This document shows positions 57,620 to 63,970 of a stretch of 63,970 nucleotides of DNA, one piece after another (the first letter of the stretch is position 1; every line of letters begins with the position of its first letter). This DNA is from a virus (taxonomy: Duplodnaviria > Caudoviricetes). The notes under the pieces were generated by a model, which saw only the letters and a list, made by a program, of their open reading frames with translations, did not search any database and had not been told where the DNA came from. The DNA lies in IMG/VR virus record IMGVR_UViG_3300013108_000662, positions 1 through 63,970 of that record; one strand, 5' to 3'. The translations under genes were made by a program, and so were the position numbers.

Positions 57620-59695
57620 CTAGCCCACCGTTATACCTAATAAATAGTCCATTACTTCAGTAACCAACTCTTCTTTTAGGAACTCGTCTTTCTTACGCTT
57701 CTTCTTTTCAGACCCTGCGACATCCGGGTACCTCGGTTTCGCACCCAGAGGAAGTGAATACCCGGCGATACCACTAGAGGAGACACCTCCGACGCCGCCG
57801 GCAGCACTTATCTCATCTAACTCACCGCCAAGAACTCTCATTATATCATCAACATCGACATCATTTAACTCGTCCGGTAATCCAGCAAGGAATGTCTTAT
57901 CATCATTATCTACCAATGCCTTACGCATTTGAGTGGCACTAACACCACCCATCTGTGGAGGGATCGGAATTTCTGTAACTTCAACACCTTCTCGACGACC
58001 CGCAGCTGTCTTGAATCTACCACCCTCGACATCCTTCTCGCCGAGAACAAGGAAGAGGTTGTCTCCCATATCAGCTTCTTCATCAATATATTCATATACA
58101 GAACGAACTGGGGTAATATCTGATACTCGTACATCAACCTCGCCGGGCAAGTACTTTTCATATATTTTCCATACATCGACTGCTTGCTGCGGGGTAAGAC
58201 CTTCATGCACCTTGGGAGAGACGAAGATAATGATCTTATCCACTCCCGGGTTCTCAAGTACTGATTTGGCCACATTGAAGTGTCCGCCGTGTGGTGGCTT
58301 GAACTTTCCAGGGTAGAGAGCAACATTTTGCCCTAACTGCTCGTTGAGGGTGAAGTCAATGGTACTCACAATCCCCGCTGGAAGCTTCAGATGTCCTTGT
58401 AGTTCCTTCTTCTCTGCCAGGGCAGGTATGCCCTTGCGTCCGTACTTAAACAACCCTAGAATCTGATTCATTGGCGCGAAACCACCGGTGAATTTGTACG
58501 TATTGCCGTCGTAGTCAAAGACGAATCCTTCGGCAGCTGAAGATACACCTTCGATATTCTTAAGCTTTTCCATCTGGACTTTGAGAATTTCCATAGCATC
58601 TTCATTACCAGAGGCTTCAATAGCCTTGATAGCTTTATCTACTTCGGCTCGCTGTCGTTCTAGTTCTTCATCACTGTCCAAAACAAAGGCGCTTTTAAGG
58701 CTACGAAGCATTTCAACAGCAAAATCATGGATGATATCTTCAATAGGAAAGATAATTTTCTTAAGATACTGCGGATAGTTAGAAGCTAAATGTTTAACTC
58801 TATCATTCACTTCGGGGTCGTCGGCCACTTTAAGGATTTGTCTTGTTTCAAGTCCCCGAACCTTTTTGGGACCAGCTTCACCCTCAATAACCCCATAGTA
58901 ATCTTCCATGATTCGCTTAATCAAGAGCTTCTTAGCATCTCGGTTAAGTTCGGGAATCTGTTCGGAAATAAGTTTATCCAGGCTTTTCACAATATAGGTT
59001 CCGATACTATCGTTATCGCCTACACCCACATCAGACATAAATTGATCTAGTCGCCCTAACGCAATCATTAAATCTTCGTCATTACCTAAACCTTCAAGGT
59101 TTCTAATGGCATTAACCTCAACCTTAAAGTCTCTCTTTGACATCTTATCTTGAGTTCTCTCAAGTGCTGCTTGAAGTTTAGCCGCTTGTTCTTCGCCAAA
59201 GTCTCTCCCACTTTTATCTGGAATGGGTTTGCCAGTTTCTCGGTCGTAAGCAGCATGTCCTGCTCGGTGAATCAGGAATGTCTTCTTATCATAGTTAATG
59301 ACATTGGCACTACCTGGATCCATGACCTCGGCATTATAGTAGATATTAGTATCCGGACCAAACAGTTCTAGTTGCTCCTCGTCAGAGAGTGATTCTACAG
59401 CTTCCTCAAAAGCATAGAATGAATTAACAAAAGCGTCGGTGAGAGCACCTCGTCCCTCAAACTTAGCAAGAAGTTCAGCCGGAGTCATACCGCCGGCTTT
59501 GATATTCCCTTTGTTACGAGCTGCCCGAACAGTTCCGTCCTGGACATTATAAGAAACAAACAGGTTTTGTCCATCTGTTTTTTCAGTCCCCTGTAGCTCA
59601 CCAGCCGAAGCTGCATGCATTATCTCCTTAATCTGACCAAAGGTCATATAAGGATTGTCATAAATGTGGGACATATGTCCAAAGACGCCGCCCAT
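57620..59695 (-). CDS. Fusion protein: N-terminal KxDG ligase-like domain (DUF6267-like) + C-terminal HIGH-family nucleotidyltransferase (691 aa)
   Basis: N-terminal HMSHIYD, TEKTDGQNLFVS, AARNKG, AEGFVF..TYKFTG (ligase-like motifs I, IV, V). C-terminal LYPGKFKPPHGGH and GVSATQMRKAL. Confidence 0.7.
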   Translation of the reverse strand: MGGVFGHMSHIYDNPYMTFGQIKEIMHAASAGELQGTEKTDGQNLFVSYNVQDGTVRAARNKGNIKAGGMTPAELLAKFEGRGALTDAFVNSFYAFEEAVESLSDEEQLELFGPDTNIYYNAEVMDPGSANVINYDKKTFLIHRAGHAAYDRETGKPIPDKSGRDFGEEQAAKLQAALERTQDKMSKRDFKVEVNAIRNLEGLGNDEDLMIALGRLDQFMSDVGVGDNDSIGTYIVKSLDKLISEQIPELNRDAKKLLIKRIMEDYYGVIEGEAGPKKVRGLETRQILKVADDPEVNDRVKHLASNYPQYLKKIIFPIEDIIHDFAVEMLRSLKSAFVLDSDEELERQRAEVDKAIKAIEASGNEDAMEILKVQMEKLKNIEGVSSAAEGFVFDYDGNTYKFTGGFAPMNQILGLFKYGRKGIPALAEKKELQGHLKLPAGIVSTIDFTLNEQLGQNVALYPGKFKPPHGGHFNVAKSVLENPGVDKIIIFVSPKVHEGLTPQQAVDVWKIYEKYLPGEVDVRVSDITPVRSVYEYIDEEADMGDNLFLVLGEKDVEGGRFKTAAGRREGVEVTEIPIPPQMGGVSATQMRKALVDNDDKTFLAGLPDELNDVDVDDIMRVLGGELDEISAAGGVGGVSSSGIAGYSLPLGAKPRYPDVAGSEKKKRKKDEFLKEELVTEVMDYLLGITVG
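57636..57648 (-). promoter_or_regulatory. Putative phage late promoter ACTATTTATTAGG
   Basis: Identical to 54540-54552. Lies 18 nt upstream of the 57617 start. Confidence 0.5.
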
Positions 59696-59699
59696 GGGG

Positions 59700-59948
59700 T
59701 TACTCCTTAGATTCTTCTAGAACCTGAACTTGTTCTTCTAGAACATTAACGCGCTCTTGCAAGCGTCGCATTTGGCGCCTTACCTCTTTGAGATTTGCCT
59801 TCGCACGTTCCATGCGTAAAGTGTCAGTCTTGGTACGGGGTGTAATAGCCTCCAGTACTTCAGAGATGGACTGCAGATAGCTGGCCAAGCTGGGCTTAGA
59901 GGTTTTACCTTCTTGCAAGAACTCTCGCGTCATTCGGCGAAAGTCCAT
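59700..59948 (-). CDS. Coiled-coil hypothetical protein (82 aa)
   Basis: Heptad-rich C-terminus LKEVRRQMRRLQERVNVLEEQV. Confidence 0.6.
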   Translation of the reverse strand: MDFRRMTREFLQEGKTSKPSLASYLQSISEVLEAITPRTKTDTLRMERAKANLKEVRRQMRRLQERVNVLEEQVQVLEESKE

Positions 59949-59950
59949 GA

Positions 59951-60244
59951 TTAGCCCTTCTTGGTCTTGTTAGTTGATCGCTTGCGAGCTGCCTTTTTTG
60001 GTGCAGGAGCTAGATCCTTCTCGGCTTGGTCCCAATCGGCGAGTCCTAATTTTGGAGCCTTTTTCTTAACAGACACTTTAGGTGCCTCTACGGACTCAGG
60101 GGCTTCAGGTGCTGCCTGTGGTACAACCTTCGGGGCTGCTTTGACTTTGGGAGCTGCTTTGGGAGCAGCCTTCTTTGGCGCTGGCGCCTGAGCCTTAGGG
60201 GCAGCTGCTGCTGCTCGGCGTCGTTTAATCCATGGTGCTACCAT
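59951..60244 (-). CDS. Ala/Lys/Pro-rich histone H1-like basic protein (97 aa)
   Basis: Repeated APK/KAAPK/PKKAA units. Confidence 0.55.
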   Translation of the reverse strand: MVAPWIKRRRAAAAAPKAQAPAPKKAAPKAAPKVKAAPKVVPQAAPEAPESVEAPKVSVKKKAPKLGLADWDQAEKDLAPAPKKAARKRSTNKTKKG

Positions 60245-60245
60245 T

Positions 60246-61460
60246 TTACTTATTCTCCTGTTTTACTCGCTCAATGATTCGGCGAGTGATTTCTTTTGCT
60301 TCACGAACAGAGATCTTGCTCTCCGATGTGGTAAAGACATTACGACCACCTACAGTCTGATCGCGATGGGGACGTTTTGCCTTCTTCTTCTTTGGAGTCG
60401 CTGTATCTTTGCTCATGAATGCGCGGGGGAATCCGGGGACATCCGTTGGGTCCTCTTCTTCGTCGGCTATCTTAGCCCACTTGCCGGCACCTTCTGCAAC
60501 AGCCTCATCCTTGCGGTCGTCCTCGTAGTCATCGTGGTCATACTCGGCTTCGTCGCGTTCGTGGTCTCGGTCGTCCCGAAGCGCGCGAAGATGTCGCTCA
60601 ATCTCTTTGATGTGATCGTCGTCAGCATGCTCGTTCTTCCAGTCGTTCCAGGCTTGGTCTTCGCCGGAGTCTTCCTCTAGAGCCTTTCCGTGCTTGAGGT
60701 CATCAATAGCCTCTTCTTCATCCTTCTCGGTGCCTGTAAAGGCAGCCGGGCTCTTGCCCCAGTCGTCCTCTTTACGATACATAGCATCGTCGCCCTCTTG
60801 GACGGGGCAACCACACTCAAGTCCGTGCGGACCATCATGCATCTCAGCGAGTTCCTCAGCTGCATCTTCGCCAGCCTCTTCGCCCGAAAGGACGCGGTCT
60901 GCGTGAGCTACGTCTGCAGGTTCATTCTTCTCTTCTTTAAGAAGTCCCCACTTCTTCATCAACTTTGTGTTCATTTCGTTGTTTTTCCACTCTTTAAGTG
61001 ACATTTTAGGTTCTCCTGAATCCGAGAAATCTATCTCGATGTTAATTTTTCCTGTCTTAATTAGGTCCTCAAAGTCCCTAAAGATCAAATTTCCTCTCTC
61101 ATACGCCTCACGTTCCATATCACGGAGGTGTGGGTCTTCCTGAGCATACCCAGGCGACGTAGAATCGGCACTGGTAAAATCGCCCCGACAGTTTTGGGCG
61201 TGATGCACAAGCTCATGTGATAAGGATCTCATGACATCCTTGGGGTGGCGCCCATCTGTATAGAGTACCACTTCAAGCTGCTCAGGATCGTAATATGCTG
61301 TTTTTCCTAGCATTTTGGCTGCATTATCTTCATCACTTTGAAAAATAATGCTCACTGGCTTATCGAAACCAAGTTGTTCCTGAGAGTAAGGGAAGAAGTT
61401 GTCTACCCACTGCTCTAGATGATATACATTACCGATGGTGTTATTTACGCACTTGTGCAT
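60246..61460 (-). CDS. Zincin-like metallopeptidase domain + acidic C-terminal region (404 aa)
   Basis: RSLSHELVHHAQN...MEREAYERG. Asp/Glu/His-rich tail. Confidence 0.7.
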   Translation of the reverse strand: MHKCVNNTIGNVYHLEQWVDNFFPYSQEQLGFDKPVSIIFQSDEDNAAKMLGKTAYYDPEQLEVVLYTDGRHPKDVMRSLSHELVHHAQNCRGDFTSADSTSPGYAQEDPHLRDMEREAYERGNLIFRDFEDLIKTGKINIEIDFSDSGEPKMSLKEWKNNEMNTKLMKKWGLLKEEKNEPADVAHADRVLSGEEAGEDAAEELAEMHDGPHGLECGCPVQEGDDAMYRKEDDWGKSPAAFTGTEKDEEEAIDDLKHGKALEEDSGEDQAWNDWKNEHADDDHIKEIERHLRALRDDRDHERDEAEYDHDDYEDDRKDEAVAEGAGKWAKIADEEEDPTDVPGFPRAFMSKDTATPKKKKAKRPHRDQTVGGRNVFTTSESKISVREAKEITRRIIERVKQENK

Positions 61461-61466
61461 GGTCTA

Positions 61467-61784
61467 TTAAATAGTTGAAAAGAGGAGAAAAAGAACTCCC
61501 CAAAGATGATACATGAAAACTGCTATGTATATTAAGTTTAAAGCTAGTAAAATCTTAAAGACTTTGCGACGGAACCTTTTGCGAAAATAATAAAGGATGT
61601 AAATCCCCACCCCACTCAGTCCAAGTTTGGCCACCACAAAAAGAAGAGGTGAGACCTGTAAAAAGAAATCCATTATAGGATTTGCTTCAGTAGCTAGGTC
61701 GTTTGTTACCCAGAAAAGAGTTGCAGACAGATCAATGAGAATCAACACTGCCAGAATGTAAACCAGTCTGACAATGTTTCTCAC
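61467..61784 (-). CDS. Membrane protein, DUF5658-like (105 aa)
   Basis: LIDLSATL...EANPIMDFFL...FVVAKL with three TM helices. Family recalled from motif. Confidence 0.65.
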   Translation of the reverse strand: MRNIVRLVYILAVLILIDLSATLFWVTNDLATEANPIMDFFLQVSPLLFVVAKLGLSGVGIYILYYFRKRFRRKVFKILLALNLIYIAVFMYHLWGVLFLLFSTI

Positions 61785-61787
61785 TAC

Positions 61788-62132
61788 TTATTCCTTCAGT
61801 TCCTGCTGTTCTCGTCTTGCCTTTCTCCATATCTGTCCCGGCGTTAAAGGGGTTTCTTCACTGTCGTCCTCGCCAGACTCCTCAAGCACCTCCGACTTAG
61901 ATTCCCAACTAGCAAACACCTTATCGTTCTGTTCGCCTCGACGGCTCACAATCAGCGCCTTTAGAGAGTCTACTACTCGTTCCACCCGAAGAAACTTTGG
62001 TTGCTGCCAAAAAGGAAGCAAGATGTGCAAGAGCATCGCTGCTCCAGATAATAGAAGCAAGCCCGCCATTTGAGCTGCTCGCATTGAATGACGAAGCCAA
62101 CCTTCGCCTTTAAGATGATTCCAGTCCCACAT
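61788..62132 (-). CDS. Hypothetical protein, DUF6356-like N-terminus (114 aa)
   Basis: HL..GEGWLRH.. hydrophobic helix ..LLHILLPFW. Family recalled from motif. Confidence 0.5.
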   Translation of the reverse strand: MWDWNHLKGEGWLRHSMRAAQMAGLLLLSGAAMLLHILLPFWQQPKFLRVERVVDSLKALIVSRRGEQNDKVFASWESKSEVLEESGEDDSEETPLTPGQIWRKARREQQELKE

Positions 62133-62473
62133 TATTCCTGTACTCCTGTTGATGCGTCACGATGACTCATCGTTTTAAATACTTGGTCTAGCGCTTTATA
62201 AGCAGCTTCAATTGTTTTTCTATCTTGATCATCGATAGGGGGAGTTGAATCTCCCGACATCATGGCATGAAGAGTCTGAGCCTGATTCATGATGTGAAAC
62301 AGCGCCTGCGCCGTATAATCAATATCAGCAACTTGGTTTGAGTTGGGAAGATTGTCTAATCCTCCCATGGACATCCCGCTGGTCGAACCCATGGGCATTT
62401 CTAATAAGACAGAATTAGATTGTGCAATCTCTTCATTGATTAGTTTTTGTAATTCGGAACGTGTAATTTTCAT
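62132..62473 (-). CDS. Hypothetical protein with MKITxxELxxLIxEE N-terminal motif
   Basis: Likely start MKITRSELQKLINEEI at 62473, with GAGG upstream. Confidence 0.6.
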   Translation of the reverse strand: MKITRSELQKLINEEIAQSNSVLLEMPMGSTSGMSMGGLDNLPNSNQVADIDYTAQALFHIMNQAQTLHAMMSGDSTPPIDDQDRKTIEAAYKALDQVFKTMSHRDASTGVQE

Positions 62474-62493
62474 TTTTTGATTTTCCTCAAGAT

Positions 62494-63225
62494 TCATTTA
62501 TTTTTGTTGGCACGCGCGCGACCGGCCGACGTCGCGATCAAGCGCTTCATAAAACTCTGCAACTCTGAGCGGAAGTAGGTTAAATCATCATCGTCGGCTA
62601 TTTTGGTTAAGATCTTTTCAATATCACTTAAAATGCCTCGCTCTTTAGTATCTACACCTTGTAAAATCTTACCAGCTCCAACATCTCTGGACCGACTTAG
62701 AGTTTGTTTTGCATGATCGCCCTGAGTTTGCGCTTTTGTCCCAAAACCTGCTAGAGCGTCTTCGCCTCCTGCTGACACTTCTTGCATGCCACCAAAACCA
62801 CCATCGCCCATTCCAACCATAGCACCACCGGCGTAGTCCCCCATGGCACCACCAGCGACATATCGCTGTTGATCCGGAGGAAGCGCCACCACGCGCTGAA
62901 CGGGCATCGGGTGTGCCCCAACTCCTACAAGCTCGTTGAGAGCCTCTCCTAGCGCTCTGGTTGCCTTGAAAGCGTGCTCATAGGCGCCGTCATAGATGGG
63001 CTCGTCTAGAGCCTCTACGAGCTTCTCTGTGGCTTCTCTAGCTGCGAGGGCAATCTCATATTTTTCGTTTGCCTCTTCATCACCCATATCCTGCTCATTG
63101 TCATCGGTATCTGCAGCAGGCATCCGATGCGGAACGCCTTCTGGGGCTGACGGTTCGTTGATACCTCCGCCGGTGAACATAGCTTCTCGTACGAGAGCTT
63201 CTAGTTGTTTATAATCAATTGACAT
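62494..63225 (-). CDS. Hypothetical protein, probable head-internal protein
   Basis: Likely start MSIDYKQLEALVREAM at 63225. Gly/Met-rich linker. Confidence 0.6.
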   Translation of the reverse strand: MSIDYKQLEALVREAMFTGGGINEPSAPEGVPHRMPAADTDDNEQDMGDEEANEKYEIALAAREATEKLVEALDEPIYDGAYEHAFKATRALGEALNELVGVGAHPMPVQRVVALPPDQQRYVAGGAMGDYAGGAMVGMGDGGFGGMQEVSAGGEDALAGFGTKAQTQGDHAKQTLSRSRDVGAGKILQGVDTKERGILSDIEKILTKIADDDDLTYFRSELQSFMKRLIATSAGRARANKNK

Positions 63226-63229
63226 TTTT

Positions 63230-63583
63230 TTAGTCTTTTCCTTGATCAATATCCGGAAACTTCCTCTTCACGGCCGCGCGGACTTTCGCCTTTTCCTCTG
63301 CAGTCCCGTGTTTGGACACCATGGCCAAAGCCATCCGTGCATGCTCTTCATCGGGGATAGGGTAAGAACCTGCCTGTTTGCCTTCGGGGCCCTCGCCTTT
63401 ACCTGGAAGGGCAAAGTCACTATCAGGTAATGCACGCCTTTCGGCGGCCGAGAGATCCTCTTCCTTGAGCATTTCATCAATTAATGCAGCTGGATCGAGG
63501 TTAAATACTTCAATCGCTTCCGCATTCGTGAGTACTACTTCTACTTCTTCTCTAATAATCTTCATTAATTCTGATTTCTTCAT
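63230..63583 (-). CDS. MKKSELMKIIREE-motif protein with DUF6582-like C-terminal domain (117 aa)
   Basis: LSAAERRALPDSDFALP...YPIPDEEHARMALAMV. Family recalled from motif. Confidence 0.65.
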   Translation of the reverse strand: MKKSELMKIIREEVEVVLTNAEAIEVFNLDPAALIDEMLKEEDLSAAERRALPDSDFALPGKGEGPEGKQAGSYPIPDEEHARMALAMVSKHGTAEEKAKVRAAVKRKFPDIDQGKD

Positions 63584-63607
63584 AACTGTGCTCCAAGCCT
63601 CTTATAA

Positions 63608-63970
63608 TTAGTCTTTACTATCGGCTTCTTTGATTTCTTTTTTAGCTCTGAGTACTTTTGCTACGGTTGCTTGTGCTCTTTCTTGTCCATACCCTTTGGT
63701 TCGCTTCATACACTTTACTTTGCCGTCAAAGGTCTTGCGACTAAAACAATCATCACCCTCACCCTCGGCTTGTAAGCCATCAGGTTCCATATATGGATGA
63801 TTCTTAAGATATGTTTTCATCTTATTTTCTTGTTTCACGTTTGAGATGCCACCAGGAAAAACCTTTTTGATTCTAATGTCTTCAATCTCGGGGAAATCAT
63901 TTCGTAGCTGCTTGACATCACTTAGGTGGATGTCCGAGTCGTCAAAGAAGTGAATACTCTCGATCGAAGT
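63608..63970 (-). CDS. 5'-truncated CDS, C-terminal part of a probable HAD-superfamily phosphatase
   Basis: The 76-aa ORF stays open to the window edge: TSIESIHFFDDSDIHLSDVKQL...SNVKQENKMKTYL. hhhFFDD is HAD motif IV-like. Confidence 0.55.
   Translation of the reverse strand, partial: TSIESIHFFDDSDIHLSDVKQLRNDFPEIEDIRIKKVFPGGISNVKQENKMKTYLKNHPYMEPDGLQAEGEGDDCFSRKTFDGKVKCMKRTKGYGQERAQATVAKVLRAKKEIKEADSKD

Noticed and set aside
56392-57663. 423-aa plus-strand ORF
   Set aside because: Ser-rich antisense shadow of two acidic minus-strand genes, with no motifs.

Overview
The window is a gene-dense fragment of a large tailed (myovirus-like, contractile-tail) bacteriophage genome. Every credible gene lies on the minus strand and uses the standard code. 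Modules in + strand coordinate order: (1) 1-29.1 kb, virion/baseplate structural genes: FN3-like proteins, a 2831-aa LamG-containing wedge protein, T4 gp6-like and gp25-like wedge subunits, and a gp5-like spike split into two genes with a lambda-type lysozyme. (2) A T4 gp55-like sigma factor plus small genes. (3) A ~17 kb glycan biosynthesis/modification cluster (30.8-48.1 kb): gmd, aminotransferases, acetyltransferases, methyl- and sulfotransferases, GT9/GT4 glycosyltransferases and an ADP-heptose-type pathway. (4) A Cas4-like nuclease, PIN-PhoH, seven tRNAs in two blocks and metabolic genes. (5) A block of probable head-internal proteins sharing an N-terminal helical motif. The most notable element is an 82-nt RNA gene at 56308-56389. 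It reproduces the tRNA-like domain of tmRNA (G3:U70 acceptor, tmRNA-type D-loop, GGAC linker, T-arm, CCA), but the whole mRNA-like tag domain is replaced by a GNRA-capped hairpin: a 'mini-tmRNA'. In addition, the first tRNA of each tRNA block overlaps the stop codon of the upstream CDS, so tRNA 5' processing would create non-stop mRNAs, which are tmRNA substrates. All family and DUF assignments are from motif recognition by eye, not database searches.
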